Under the pieces are notes generated by a model that saw only the letters and a list, made by a program, of their open reading frames with translations, was not told the DNA's origin and searched no databases. A stretch of 64,000 bases of DNA from an uncultured Aquimarina sp. (GTDB lineage: Bacteria; Bacteroidota; Bacteroidia; Flavobacteriales; Flavobacteriaceae): positions 261 to 64,260 of the forward strand of contig CANMDH010000027.1 of NCBI GenBank assembly GCA_947496555.1. The letters are read 5' to 3'. Shown piece by piece: positions 1-9,947 of this stretch (its first letter is position 1; every line of letters starts with the position of its first letter). Both the position numbers and the translations under genes were made by a program.

Positions 1-128
1 GGGCCCATTATCTTTTCCCAAACATCACGCACCGCAACTTTGTCTAATCCCATCTGTAACTTGTTATCGGTTACAAAATCCTTTAGAACTTCACTCAAAC
101 TTTGATGCTCCTGGTGACGCTTTGCCAT
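1..128 (-). CDS. DUF721-like protein, N-terminal fragment (gene continues past the window start)
   Basis: Not in the ORF track because it runs off the edge. The reverse complement of 1-128 starts at ATG (126-128) and reads [42 protein letters not shown], open to the edge. The ATG overlaps the upstream gene's stop by 1 nt. DUF721 genes usually sit just downstream of recF. Confidence 0.5.
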   Translation of the reverse strand, partial: MAKRHQEHQSLSEVLKDFVTDNKLQMGLDKVAVRDVWEKIMG

Positions 129-541
129 TATAAAGAAATCTTTTTGTAAGGTTTATAAAAGTACATATTTCCATCCTCATTTTTGATGATAATCTGATTT
201 TCTTTTGCAGAAATTACCGTCTCTTTCCATTCAGACAAAGGGGTTTTGTAATACATTCTCAAACTGTCATTTTGTACTTCTAATGTAAACAGTTCACTAT
301 CTTTTGTCACTATAAAACTTCCATCTAATTTTGGTTGTACTTTTTTTCGAATTCCAATCGAATCTTTAACTTCAAAGAAATCAACGCTCTGATTAAAATT
401 ATATTCTTTTTTGGTTCCGTCTGGTAAAACTACACGTTCAATTTCCCAATAACCATTTATATATTGCTTGTATTCTTCGGGATTGGCCCTATTACAAGAG
501 ATAAAGGACAATAATGCTATGATGTGAATTATTTTTCTCAT
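128..541 (-). CDS. small lipoprotein, function unknown
   Basis: 137-aa ORF with a signal peptide and lipobox (IALLSFISC). It overlaps the recF stop by 4 nt (538-541) and the next gene's start by 1 nt, so it is probably co-translated in the recF operon. Confidence 0.7.
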   Translation of the reverse strand: MRKIIHIIALLSFISCNRANPEEYKQYINGYWEIERVVLPDGTKKEYNFNQSVDFFEVKDSIGIRKKVQPKLDGSFIVTKDSELFTLEVQNDSLRMYYKTPLSEWKETVISAKENQIIIKNEDGNMYFYKPYKKISL

Positions 542-1635
542 GTTCCATTATTATTTTCTAATTTAATGATCTTATAGGATTGAGAGATTTTTTTAACAAC
601 TTCTTCTGTGCGATCTGCATGTGTATCGCTTATAAAAAGTTGACCGAAGTTTTTATCATCTACCAATTTTACGATATGTTCAACACGTTTTTCGTCTAAT
701 TTGTCAAAAATATCATCCAGTAAAAGTATTGGGCTTACTTTGCTCTGTTTCTTTATAAAATCAAACTGTGCTAATTTCAAAGCAATTAGAAAAGATTTTT
801 GTTGTCCTTGACTACCAAACTTTTTAATTGGGTATCCATCGATTTCAAAAGATAAATCGTCTTTATGGACTCCTACACTTGTATACTGTAATATTCTATC
901 CTTGGCAAGATTTTGCTCTAATAGGCTTAATAAGTTGTTTTCTGCCAATTTACTTTGGTATGCCAGAGAAACTGTTTCTTCTCCAGAACTGATGGTCTGA
1001 TATCGGTCTAAAAATATTGGAATAAAAGTTTCTAAAAAGTCGGCTCTTCTTTTATAAATAATACTTCCATGTTCATACAGTTGTTCATCATAAATTTTTA
1101 GCTGGGCAGTATCAAAAGTGTTATTGACAGCAAAATATTTTAGTAAGGCGTTACGCTGTGCAACCAGTTTGGTATACTTTAATAAAGTAATAAGATAATT
1201 TTGATCACTTTGCGAAATGACGCCATCAATAAATTTACGACGTGTATCACTTCCTTCAGTAATTAAATCCCGGTCTGCAGGCGAGATAATTACCAATGGA
1301 AGAAAACCAATATGCTCACTAAGGGTGTCATATACTTTTCCATTACGTTTAATAACCTTTTTTTGCCCTCTTTTTGTACTTACAATTACTTTCTCATCGC
1401 GATCATCTTTTTCATAATGTCCGTCAATAACAAAAAAATCAGTACCGTGTCTTATGTTTTGACTAGTAAAAGGGTTGAAGTAACTTTTTCCGAAGGATAA
1501 ATGATAAATGGCATCAAGAATGTTCGTTTTTCCAACCCCATTGTTTCCTACTAAGCAATTTATCTTATCATCAAATTCGAAATTGATGGATTCAAAATTT
1601 TTATAATTGATTAGTGATAGGGATTTTAAAATCAT
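538..1635 (-). CDS. recF: DNA replication/repair protein RecF
   Basis: 365 aa. Walker [13 protein letters not shown]-type signature GSQGQQKS and Walker [13 protein letters not shown]. Length and N-terminus [14 protein letters not shown] are typical of RecF. Confidence 0.95.
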   Translation of the reverse strand: MILKSLSLINYKNFESINFEFDDKINCLVGNNGVGKTNILDAIYHLSFGKSYFNPFTSQNIRHGTDFFVIDGHYEKDDRDEKVIVSTKRGQKKVIKRNGKVYDTLSEHIGFLPLVIISPADRDLITEGSDTRRKFIDGVISQSDQNYLITLLKYTKLVAQRNALLKYFAVNNTFDTAQLKIYDEQLYEHGSIIYKRRADFLETFIPIFLDRYQTISSGEETVSLAYQSKLAENNLLSLLEQNLAKDRILQYTSVGVHKDDLSFEIDGYPIKKFGSQGQQKSFLIALKLAQFDFIKKQSKVSPILLLDDIFDKLDEKRVEHIVKLVDDKNFGQLFISDTHADRTEEVVKKISQSYKIIKLENNNGT

Positions 1636-1743
1636 AAAACACTGATGATCAAGGGATCGTAACTTTAATAAAATTCGTAATTAATCTGTGCAAATTATTG
1701 AAAAATAATAAATAGTTGTGCTTTTAATTATGAATAAAAATTT

Positions 1744-1751
1744 TATTTTTG
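1744..1751 (+). promoter_or_regulatory. candidate Bacteroidota -7 promoter box (TATTTTTG = TAnnTTTG) for the TPR gene
   Basis: Exact match to the TAnnTTTG consensus, 20 nt upstream of the ATG at 1772. The -33 TTTG element is not clean. Confidence 0.35.
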
Positions 1752-1771
1752 CCCTTCATTAAAGAAAATTT

Positions 1772-2545
1772 ATGGCAACTTACAAGAAACGAGGATACAA
1801 ACCAAAAAATAAAGCTGAAGAAGGTGAGCAGATTGAAGACAGTTCAACAACAGCAGAGGTATTTAATACCTTAGACGAGGGAGCTTCCAGAACTGAAGAA
1901 TGGGTTGCGGCTAATCAAAAATATATACTTGGTGCGGTTGGATTGATCGCAATTGTAATATTAGGATACCTTGGATTCCAGAAATTCATTCAGGAACCAA
2001 AAGAGCAGGAAGCAGCAAATGAGATGTTCCAGGCTCAACAATATTTTGATAATGCAGTTAATGGCAATTCTGTTGTTCGTGATTCTTTATATACACTTGC
2101 CCTTAACGGAGGTGAAGGGAAATACGGATTTTTAGAGATTATAGAAAACTATGGTGGTACCAAAGCAGGTAATCTGGCTAACTACTATGCCGGTTTCTCT
2201 TATCTTAATATGAAGAAGTACCAAGAAGCAATTACATATCTTGATGATTTCAGGAGCGATGATGAAATGTTGGGTCCTTTGGCCTTAGGAGGTATTGGTG
2301 ATGCTTTTTCACAATTAAATCAAGTGGATGAAGCATTGGGATACTATGAAAAAGCTGTAAAAGCAAAAACCAACGAGTTTACGACACCGAAGTTTTTGCT
2401 TAAAGCCGCAATTACAGCATTATCACTAAACAAGCCCGAAACTGCCATACCATACCTAGAGCGTATTAAAGAAGAGTTTCCTAAAAGCGTAGAAGCGAAC
2501 CAGGTTGATGTACATTTAGGTCAAGCACAAGCTATGCAGAAATAA
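1772..2545 (+). CDS. membrane-anchored tetratricopeptide-repeat protein (YfgM-like)
   Basis: 257 aa. Charged N-terminus, one TM helix (ILGAVGLIAIVILGYLGF), then TPR-like helices (YYAGFSYLNMKKYQEAITYL, ALGYYEKAV). Confidence 0.8.
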   Translation: MATYKKRGYKPKNKAEEGEQIEDSSTTAEVFNTLDEGASRTEEWVAANQKYILGAVGLIAIVILGYLGFQKFIQEPKEQEAANEMFQAQQYFDNAVNGNSVVRDSLYTLALNGGEGKYGFLEIIENYGGTKAGNLANYYAGFSYLNMKKYQEAITYLDDFRSDDEMLGPLALGGIGDAFSQLNQVDEALGYYEKAVKAKTNEFTTPKFLLKAAITALSLNKPETAIPYLERIKEEFPKSVEANQVDVHLGQAQAMQK

Positions 2546-2550
2546 ATTCA

Positions 2551-2611
2551 GAGTTCGGAGTTAAGAGTTAAGGGCTTTTATTCATCACTCATAACTCAAA
2601 ACTCATAACTT
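2551..2611 (+). terminator. long imperfect hairpin after the TPR gene (three GAGTT blocks pairing with three AACTC blocks), followed by TTTG
   Basis: Hand pairing: G58-T62 with A600-C604, G65-A70 with T592-C597, and A52-T55 with A607-T610 (coordinates 25xx/26xx). The loop is about 2575-2587. It lies 6 nt after the stop at 2545. Confidence 0.4.
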
Positions 2612-2618
2612 TTGAAAG

Positions 2619-3125
2619 ATGGCAACAGAGAATAAAAATTTATCACAATACGATAAGACGACAATCCCAGACGCGAAGAATTTTCGGTTTGGGATTGTTG
2701 TTTCAGAATGGAATGAAACTATTACCCAAGGACTGTTTCAAGGAGCATTTGATGCGTTGATTGATTGTGGTGCGATTAAAGAAAATATTGTACGATGGAA
2801 TGTTCCAGGTAGTTTTGAGTTGATATATGGGTGTAAAAAGATGCTCGAATCTTTTGATATGCTTGATGCTGTTATCGTAGTGGGTTGCGTGATACAAGGA
2901 GAAACAAAACATTTTGATTTTGTCTGCGAAGGTGTGACTCAAGGGATAAAAGATTTGAATATCCAAAATGATATCCCAGTCATTTTTTGTGTGCTTACAG
3001 ATAATACCATGCAGCAATCGATAGATCGTTCTGGAGGGAAACATGGTAATAAGGGAACCGAAGCCGCCATTGCAGCAATAAAAATGGCGCAACTGCGCAA
3101 AGATGCTAAGTTTTATAAACCATAG
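2619..3125 (+). CDS. ribH: 6,7-dimethyl-8-ribityllumazine synthase
   Basis: 168 aa with lumazine synthase motifs VPGSFELIYG and GETKHFDFV. Size is typical. Confidence 0.95.
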   Translation: MATENKNLSQYDKTTIPDAKNFRFGIVVSEWNETITQGLFQGAFDALIDCGAIKENIVRWNVPGSFELIYGCKKMLESFDMLDAVIVVGCVIQGETKHFDFVCEGVTQGIKDLNIQNDIPVIFCVLTDNTMQQSIDRSGGKHGNKGTEAAIAAIKMAQLRKDAKFYKP

Positions 3126-3220
3126 GTTTACAGACAAAAAAATCCAAAAGCTATAAAACCCTGTTAATATTTTCATGTTATTGTAATGCTAAAAGCTTTA
3201 CATTGCAATACATTTTTAAG

Positions 3221-3228
3221 TACCTTTG
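3221..3228 (+). promoter_or_regulatory. candidate -7 promoter box (TACCTTTG) for the small-protein/mutL/rhomboid gene string
   Basis: Exact TAnnTTTG match 8 nt upstream of the ATG at 3237, with a TTTA 19-20 nt further upstream. This favours the 3237 start over the track's 3186 start. Confidence 0.35.
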
Positions 3229-3236
3229 GGTTAATT

Positions 3237-3527
3237 ATGGGAATTTTCAAGACAAGAAAAAATAAAAAGTTTAGTTATTCACCTCGTTATTGGGATGATA
3301 AGGGAGAAGGAAATCCCTATCAAATGGAACATAAGTTTGATAAGTTCCGTACAACGGTAGGAAAAAATAATGGTTTTAAAAACAAGTTTAATAAGGCTTG
3401 GGATGATTTAAAGCAGGGTGCTGATCGAAAAGTGAACCTGAGAATTTTATGGATTTTTCTAGTACTACTATTTATTTTTTTATATCTCATAGATTTTGAT
3501 TTATCCATATTCTTTACCCGTTCTTGA
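3237..3527 (+). CDS. small C-terminally membrane-anchored protein, function unknown
   Basis: The track ORF is 3186-3527. I prefer the internal ATG at 3237 (MGIFKTRKNKKFSY...) because the -7 box lies inside the longer ORF. One C-terminal TM helix (ILWIFLVLLFIFLYLI). Its stop TGA (3525-3527) overlaps the mutL ATG by 1 nt. Confidence 0.55.
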   Translation: MGIFKTRKNKKFSYSPRYWDDKGEGNPYQMEHKFDKFRTTVGKNNGFKNKFNKAWDDLKQGADRKVNLRILWIFLVLLFIFLYLIDFDLSIFFTRS

Positions 3528-5398
3528 TGTCTGATATTATACAGCTGTTACCCGATCATGTTGCTAATCAAATTGCTGCCGGAGAGGTTGTTCAAAGACC
3601 TGCTTCAGTAGTAAAAGAATTATTAGAAAATGCTATTGATGCAAAAGCAACAACCATAAAATTAGTAATTAAAGAAGCTGGTAAAACGCTTATTCAGGTA
3701 ACAGATGATGGTGTAGGCATGAGTGTTACCGACGCCAGACTAAGTTTTGAACGTCATGCTACTTCAAAAATAAAAAATGCAGAAGATCTTTTTGAGCTTA
3801 ATACCAAAGGTTTTAGAGGAGAGGCCTTGGCTTCTATCGCCGCAATTGCTCATGTAGAATTAAAAACCAAGCAAGAGAATGATGAAGTAGGTACCGAAAT
3901 TAAAATCGAGGGTAGTGAAGTGATTTCTCAAGAGGTCTGCGCCACCTCCAAAGGAACTTCTATTAGCGTAAAAAACCTATTCTATAATATTCCGGCGCGA
4001 CGTAATTTTTTAAAATCTAATGCAGTAGAATTACGACATATTATTGATGAGTTTCATCGCGTAGCTATGGCACATGCTAACATACGATTCGATATGTATC
4101 ACAATGGAAGTGAAGTTTTTAATCTACCTGTTTCTAATGATCGACAACGGATCGTTAATATTTTTGGTGGAAAAACCAATGAAAAACTTGTGCCGATCAA
4201 GGAAGAAACAGATTTAGTGACTGTGAATGGTTTTGTAGGGAAACCCGAATATGCTAAAAGAACACGGGGAGAACAATTTTTCTTTGTGAACAATAGATTT
4301 ATAAAGAGCCCTTACCTAAACCATGCGGTCAATGCTTCTTTTGAAGGGTTATTGAAGGATAAAGCACACCCTAGTTATTTTATTTATCTGCAGGTAGATC
4401 CTAAATCTATAGATATTAATATTCATCCAACTAAAACTGAAATTAAATTCGAAGATGAGCATGCACTGTATGCAATATTACGTTCTACTATAAAGCATAG
4501 TCTGGGGCAATTTAATGTAGCACCTGTCTTGGATTTTAACCGGGATGCTTCTATGGATACCCCCTATGAATATAAAAGTAAGCAAGCGCAGGCTCCTACA
4601 ATAGAGGTAGACCGAAGTTTTAACCCATTTAAAGAAGAAAAGAAGGGTTCTGGAAGTTCAGGTAAGAGTTATACTTCTTCATATAAAAAGGAATCTGCAG
4701 GAAGTTGGGAAAATCTATATGTTGGATTAGAATCAGAAATTAAGACTCCCAAACCAGAAGAAAATGAGTTTTCTACGGTTGAGTTTGAAAGTACAGAGGT
4801 AACAGGGTCGTTGTTTGAATCTGATGATAAAAAAGTTGCGCATCATACTACCTATCAACTGAAGAGAAAATATATAGTAACTACCATCAAAAGTGGAATG
4901 GTAATTATTAACCAACATAGAGCTCATCAAAGGATCTTGTACGAAGAACTACTGCGTAGTATCACCATGGCAAGTGCCGTAAGTCAACAGTTATTATTTC
5001 CATTAAAACTCTCATTTTCTAAAAAAGAATTAGCTTTGTTAGACACGGTAAAAGAGCAACTTCAAAATACAGGATTTGTGTTTGGAGAACAGCATGTAGG
5101 TGAGATTGAGATCACCGGAATACCTTCGGTAGTAGCAGAGAAAGAGGTTTCGACCTTGCTAGAACAGTTGCTTAGTGACCTTGAAAATGAGGTACCAGAC
5201 AGTGGGTTTTCTCAAACAGATCTTTTGGCAAAATCTATTTCCAAGAGCATAGCAATACGTACTGGAGTAGAACTGGCCCCAGAACAACAACAATATATGG
5301 CCAATAGTCTTTTTGCCTGTACAGAGCCTACCGTAACACCAGATAATAAGCCGACTTTCATCACGTTAACAGTAGATGAGATCGATAAGAAATTTTAA
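3527..5398 (+). CDS. mutL: DNA mismatch repair protein MutL
   Basis: GHKL ATPase motifs IAAGEVVQRPASVVKELLENAIDA, DDGVGM and GFRGEAL, plus a C-terminal dimerisation region. The track start at 3524 is a TTG. The ATG at 3527 is more likely. Confidence 0.95.
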   Translation: MSDIIQLLPDHVANQIAAGEVVQRPASVVKELLENAIDAKATTIKLVIKEAGKTLIQVTDDGVGMSVTDARLSFERHATSKIKNAEDLFELNTKGFRGEALASIAAIAHVELKTKQENDEVGTEIKIEGSEVISQEVCATSKGTSISVKNLFYNIPARRNFLKSNAVELRHIIDEFHRVAMAHANIRFDMYHNGSEVFNLPVSNDRQRIVNIFGGKTNEKLVPIKEETDLVTVNGFVGKPEYAKRTRGEQFFFVNNRFIKSPYLNHAVNASFEGLLKDKAHPSYFIYLQVDPKSIDINIHPTKTEIKFEDEHALYAILRSTIKHSLGQFNVAPVLDFNRDASMDTPYEYKSKQAQAPTIEVDRSFNPFKEEKKGSGSSGKSYTSSYKKESAGSWENLYVGLESEIKTPKPEENEFSTVEFESTEVTGSLFESDDKKVAHHTTYQLKRKYIVTTIKSGMVIINQHRAHQRILYEELLRSITMASAVSQQLLFPLKLSFSKKELALLDTVKEQLQNTGFVFGEQHVGEIEITGIPSVVAEKEVSTLLEQLLSDLENEVPDSGFSQTDLLAKSISKSIAIRTGVELAPEQQQYMANSLFACTEPTVTPDNKPTFITLTVDEIDKKF

Positions 5399-5406
5399 AA
5401 GTATAG

Positions 5407-6147
5407 ATGGGGAGAATTACAGAAACAGTTAAGGTTTTATTGATCATCAATGTTATATTCTTTATAGGAGCAACCTCATTAGGAGGTAAAGCCTTCGAGT
5501 GGTTTGCTTTATGGTTTCCTAAAAATGAAAATTTCCAGATATGGCAGATCGTTAGCCATATGTTTATGCATGGAGGTACAGGACATATCTTCTTTAATAT
5601 GTTTGCTTTATATATGTTTGGGAGTCATCTCGAAACCTCGATAGGGAAAAATAAATTTCTTTTTATTTACTTCTTCTCAGGTTTGGGAGCAGTTGGTTTT
5701 CAGATTTTATTTACATATTTTCAGTTTAATCCAGGATATCAGGCTTTACTGGAACAAGGATATACAGACTCCCAAATATTTTCTTTCATCAAAAATAGTT
5801 ATGCTACTGAACAATATTTGTCTTATCCGAAAGAGCTTTATAATTTGGTAGATTCTTATATTTCTCCAATGGTTGGAGCTTCGGGTGCTATCTTTGGTGT
5901 TTTAGCGGCTTTTGCTGTATTATTTCCAAACTTACCTTTGTATATTATATTTATTCCTATCCCGATTAAGGCAAAATATTTAATAGGAGGGTATTTCTTA
6001 TTAGATTTATATGGAGGTATTACAGGACAGGCAATTTTGGGACCATCCAATGTTGCGCATTGGGCACATATTGGTGGAGCTGTGATTGGCTTTATAACAA
6101 TGTGGTACTGGAAAAAGAATTCGTTTAATCAGCATCGTTGGTATTAA
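5407..6147 (+). CDS. rhomboid family intramembrane serine protease
   Basis: 246 aa, polytopic. HMFMHGG, catalytic GASGAIFG and HIGGAVIG motifs are present. Confidence 0.9.
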   Translation: MGRITETVKVLLIINVIFFIGATSLGGKAFEWFALWFPKNENFQIWQIVSHMFMHGGTGHIFFNMFALYMFGSHLETSIGKNKFLFIYFFSGLGAVGFQILFTYFQFNPGYQALLEQGYTDSQIFSFIKNSYATEQYLSYPKELYNLVDSYISPMVGASGAIFGVLAAFAVLFPNLPLYIIFIPIPIKAKYLIGGYFLLDLYGGITGQAILGPSNVAHWAHIGGAVIGFITMWYWKKNSFNQHRWY

Positions 6148-6148
6148 C

Positions 6149-7039
6149 ATGGCAACTAGTAATCTTACATATCAGTTTAAAACAGCTAATATTATTATTA
6201 AGCTTATTGTAGTTAATGTAGCGTTATTTCTATTCGCTACTTTGGGATCTTGGATATTTAAATCTAGCCCAGGAGCTTTGATGAGTTGGTTTGTATTGCC
6301 AGTTGATCTGGGATCATTGCTTGTACAGTTTTGGAGCGTACTTACCTACAGTTTTTTACATTTTGATTTCTGGCATATCTTCTGGAACATGCTAGTGCTA
6401 TATTGGTTTGGGCCTTATGTTTTAAATCTATTTACCGAAAAACGCTTTCTTACTATTTATTTATTAGGTGCTATTTGTGGCGGTTTACTTTTTGTATCAG
6501 CATACAATGTTTTTCCTGTATTGTCTGGATCTTTGGCTTATTTAATTGGTGCTTCGGCTGCTGTTAGAGCAATTATGATCTTTATTGCGGCATATACACC
6601 AAATGCCGAAGTGCGTATTATTTTCTTTAATGTCAAGTTGTGGCAAATAGGATTATTTGTAGTATTGTCTGATCTGATACAGATTCCTACTTCTGGTAAT
6701 GCTGGGGGACTAATTGCCCATATGGGTGGTGCGATTTTTGGATACTTTTATGCGATTCAACTTAAAAAGGGAAGCGATATTGGTGCCTGGTTCGAAAAAT
6801 TAATGGATGCTTTTGCAAATGTGTTTAAACCCAAAAAGAAGAGCCCTTTAAAAACAGTGCATAAATCCAAAACCTATAAAAAACCTCGAAGGAAAACAAC
6901 TACTTCAACAACCAAAAAAACTGTAAAGACACCTAACCAGGAACAAATTGATGCTATTCTAGATAAAATTAGTAAGAGTGGATATGATAGCTTAACCAAA
7001 GAAGAAAAAGACTTTTTGTTTAAAGCAGGTAAGGAATAG
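6149..7039 (+). CDS. rhomboid family intramembrane serine protease with a Lys-rich linker and a C-terminal helical tail
   Basis: 296 aa. SFLHFDFWH, GASAAVRA (Ser kept) and AHMGGAIFG (His kept). The tail is KPKKKSPLKTVHKSKTYKKPRRK followed by QEQIDAILDKISKSGYDSLTKEEKDFL. It starts 1 nt after the previous gene's stop. Confidence 0.85.
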   Translation: MATSNLTYQFKTANIIIKLIVVNVALFLFATLGSWIFKSSPGALMSWFVLPVDLGSLLVQFWSVLTYSFLHFDFWHIFWNMLVLYWFGPYVLNLFTEKRFLTIYLLGAICGGLLFVSAYNVFPVLSGSLAYLIGASAAVRAIMIFIAAYTPNAEVRIIFFNVKLWQIGLFVVLSDLIQIPTSGNAGGLIAHMGGAIFGYFYAIQLKKGSDIGAWFEKLMDAFANVFKPKKKSPLKTVHKSKTYKKPRRKTTTSTTKKTVKTPNQEQIDAILDKISKSGYDSLTKEEKDFLFKAGKE

Positions 7040-7047
7040 GTTTTGAT

Positions 7048-8067
7048 ATGGGTAAACTCGTTAATAAGATTATATTTTTGATAAATTCTGTAGTTGCTTT
7101 TGCACTATTGTTATCATATTTATTGCCTTATGTGTCTCCAAAAACGTTCCCTTTATTATCGGTTTTAAGTTTAACTGTACCTATTTTCATAATCATCAAC
7201 CTTATTTTTCTTGTTTATTGGATTATTTTATTGAATAAAAGATTAATTCTTTCCTTAGCAGTATTGATTCTAGGATTTTCTCATGTTTCTTCATTGTATA
7301 AGTTAGGAGGTAAATCATCTGATGAAAATGAGGATTCTCTAACATTATTCAGTTATAACGTACGTAGTTTTAATCGTTTTGACTGGATTGAACCTGGTAA
7401 TATCCCTAAGGATATATCGACTTTGATTAAAAAACAAAACCCTGATATATTTTGCGCCCAGGAGTATTATAATAATCCAGATACAGATTTTAGTCAGTAT
7501 CCTTATAAGTACGAAAAATTTAATAATAATAATGGAGAATTGGCATTGGTCATTTTTTCAAAGTTTCCTTTTATCAATAAAGGATCATTGGATTTTAAGA
7601 AAACAGCAAACAATATTATATTTTCAGATGTTGTTTTAAAAAATGATACAATTCGAGTATATAATGTGCACCTGCAATCCCATAAAATAAGTTCTATTAC
7701 CAATAATGGGCTGTCTGATGAAAATTCTGAGAAATTGCTGAAAAGAGTGCAAGTTTCGTTTGAAAGACAGCAGGAACAGGCAGAAATGTTGATAAAACAT
7801 ATGAATGCATCGCCTTATAAAAATATTCTTATGGGCGATTTTAATAATACTGCATATTCTTATGTATATAATAAGATTACTTCTGAAGATTTGCAGGACA
7901 CCTTTAAAAAAGCGGGTAGTGGATTCGGTAAGACTTTTGAATTTGACCTGTTTCCGTTGCGAATAGATTTTATTTTGGTACCTGAAGATTTTGAAGTTTT
8001 AGAGTTTAAGAACTTTGATTTAGAGCTATCAGATCACTATCCAATATTTTCAAAAGTAAAACTGTAA
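7048..8067 (+). CDS. membrane-anchored endonuclease/exonuclease/phosphatase (EEP) family protein
   Basis: 339 aa with three N-terminal TM helices. The EEP fold ends in the typical SDHYPIF motif, with NVHLQSH and MGDFNNT upstream. Confidence 0.85.
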   Translation: MGKLVNKIIFLINSVVAFALLLSYLLPYVSPKTFPLLSVLSLTVPIFIIINLIFLVYWIILLNKRLILSLAVLILGFSHVSSLYKLGGKSSDENEDSLTLFSYNVRSFNRFDWIEPGNIPKDISTLIKKQNPDIFCAQEYYNNPDTDFSQYPYKYEKFNNNNGELALVIFSKFPFINKGSLDFKKTANNIIFSDVVLKNDTIRVYNVHLQSHKISSITNNGLSDENSEKLLKRVQVSFERQQEQAEMLIKHMNASPYKNILMGDFNNTAYSYVYNKITSEDLQDTFKKAGSGFGKTFEFDLFPLRIDFILVPEDFEVLEFKNFDLELSDHYPIFSKVKL

Positions 8068-8091
8068 ATTGGTTATATAACAAGGGTATAT

Positions 8092-8124
8092 TTCGTTTTT
8101 ACTATTGCATGTAATTAGAACGAA
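8092..8124. terminator. weak AT-rich hairpin between convergent genes
   Basis: TTCGTT (8092-8097) pairs with AACGAA (8119-8124), and an imperfect inner stem extends it. It sits between the EEP stop (8067) and the lipoprotein stop (8152). Confidence 0.3.
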
Positions 8125-8151
8125 GTATCATTTTATATGATTTCTACAGTA

Positions 8152-8922
8152 TTACTCCTCTTCCAAACGGACAGCTTTGTTGGCCATTTTCTTTTCCCAA
8201 TCTTTGGAAAAAATGGCGTGACCGTTTTTTGTCATTAGCCGCATTTTTTCTTTTGTAGCTTCTTGTACCTTCATAGGTAAAGCATAAAACTTTTTGTTGA
8301 TTTTGGTAAGCCTTCCATCATCTATTTCGCTATTCTGGTGTTTGATCGAAACTCTTTTTCCTCGATAATATACCATAATTTTCACTCGGCTATCCAAATA
8401 CAAATTCTGACCCGTAGCCCCATAAACTAATATAGGATCTACCATGCCGTCATTATCAAGGTCTGATAATTCTGAATATCTGTTCCAAAAACCAATAGAG
8501 GTTTCCCAATCTTTATCTATTTCGTCTGTAACAGTAGATTTCTTTTTTAATTGATTATTCTTGTTGGTAATATTTAATGCGTATATGTTATCGTATAGGG
8601 TGTCTTTTTCTTCATTTATTGCTTTCATGTGATCGGTTAGTACCAGATAATTTTCTCCGGATTCATCCTTATAAGAATATACTTGATAAACAGTATTTGA
8701 AATACCTAATTGATTTTGTTTTCTTCTTGTAAAAATTGATGCAATCTCTTTTTTAGAAAGCCTACTTACAAATTGTGAATCTATAGGTATAGGATAGTGT
8801 TTTTGTATAGGTACTACTGGGATAGAATCCTGTTTGGTTGCCTGTTGATCAGTATTGTTTTTTGATTGTTTTCCACAAGAAATTAAGGTGAAAAGGACGA
8901 TTAAAAGTAGAAATCTATTCAT
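8152..8922 (-). CDS. lipoprotein, function unknown (one FG-GAP/Ca-loop-like DLDNDGMVD motif)
   Basis: 256 aa with a signal peptide and lipobox (LFTLISC). I recognise no catalytic motifs. Confidence 0.7.
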   Translation of the reverse strand: MNRFLLLIVLFTLISCGKQSKNNTDQQATKQDSIPVVPIQKHYPIPIDSQFVSRLSKKEIASIFTRRKQNQLGISNTVYQVYSYKDESGENYLVLTDHMKAINEEKDTLYDNIYALNITNKNNQLKKKSTVTDEIDKDWETSIGFWNRYSELSDLDNDGMVDPILVYGATGQNLYLDSRVKIMVYYRGKRVSIKHQNSEIDDGRLTKINKKFYALPMKVQEATKEKMRLMTKNGHAIFSKDWEKKMANKAVRLEEE

Positions 8923-9001
8923 AGTATTACGGGGTTGAAAATTAAGTGTATAAGCACTGGTTTTGTAATAAATGTAAAAAATATTTTATTAATGAGTAGA
9001 T

Positions 9002-9310
9002 TTACATCATCCAACAGTCTAGTTGATCGGTAATAATATGCCATAATAACGCTATGCCAACAACTCTAAACTTTGGAAAGAATAGTAGAACAACATACCC
9101 TACAATAGCATAATTACTGTGTAATGGATGAAAGTTAATGCTGCAGCGATTAGCATCAAAAATTGGGGTAGTGAGTAGGTGGTCTAAATCAATGAACATT
9201 GCTGCCAAAAAAATGAGGTATACTTTTTTCCACTGCTTTGGAAAGAAAATAAAGGCAATACATAAAGGAATTATAAGATGGAGCCCATAATGAATACTAG
9301 GTCGAATCAT
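9002..9310 (-). CDS. small integral membrane protein (DUF6122-like; family name from memory, unverified)
   Basis: 102 aa with 3 predicted TM helices and conserved-looking His/Asp residues (IDLDHLL, HIITDQLDC). Its start overlaps the WbqC stop by 1 nt. Confidence 0.6.
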   Translation of the reverse strand: MIRPSIHYGLHLIIPLCIAFIFFPKQWKKVYLIFLAAMFIDLDHLLTTPIFDANRCSINFHPLHSNYAIVGYVVLLFFPKFRVVGIALLWHIITDQLDCWMM

Positions 9311-9933
9311 TAGAAAATTGATTGATTTTCAAGATACGTCAATGCATTGGTGCCTTCATTAAATAATAAATCAAGAATAGAAAGATTGGGAATAAAACCA
9401 TGTTTTTCTGTAAATACCTGGGTATAAGATTCCAGATCATGGTTTTTTTCCTTTTTGGCATTGATCAACGCCCTTAGGTCAATTACATCTTCTGGTTCTT
9501 TGATAAACTCTTTAGTTTTAGAAAAAGATAGATCCAATTGAAGACAATCATTGATAGCTTGCATACATTCATAATTGAAGTCTAGTAGGAATTCTCTCTT
9601 TTTTTCAAATAAATGTATAAGTTCATCTTCATAATACTCAAAAAAAGGAGAGGTCCTATAGGCAGTTTCTAACGATCTCCAGTGCAAGGTTTGCCACTCA
9701 AAGTCATTTTCTATACGAACATCTTTATAAAGTTGTCTTCCCTTTTTACCGGTATGTTTTATTGGGATAGTAAGCAATAGCTTACCGTTGGCACCATAAA
9801 TATAGGTACGGTTTCTATAGGTTTGTTTTTGATAATTGTCTTCGTTTTCAAAAATAATGATCTCAGATTGAGCTATAGCTACATATTGTGCTATAGATCC
9901 AAAATACATGGGATGTAATAAAGTAGATTTCAA
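9310..9933 (-). CDS. WbqC family protein
   Basis: 207 aa. The N-terminus LLHPMYFGSIAQYVAIAQ...QKQTYRNRTYIYGANG is characteristic of WbqC-like proteins. It lies directly downstream of lepB, as in other Flavobacteriia. Confidence 0.8.
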   Translation of the reverse strand: MKSTLLHPMYFGSIAQYVAIAQSEIIIFENEDNYQKQTYRNRTYIYGANGKLLLTIPIKHTGKKGRQLYKDVRIENDFEWQTLHWRSLETAYRTSPFFEYYEDELIHLFEKKREFLLDFNYECMQAINDCLQLDLSFSKTKEFIKEPEDVIDLRALINAKKEKNHDLESYTQVFTEKHGFIPNLSILDLLFNEGTNALTYLENQSIF

Positions 9934-9947
9934 TGTGAAATTTGATA

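Noticed and set aside
2703-3176. 157-aa ORF antisense to ribH
   Set aside because: It lies almost entirely inside the strongly supported ribH CDS. The sequence is Phe/Ile/Leu-rich with no motifs, which is the usual shadow ORF of an AT-rich gene.
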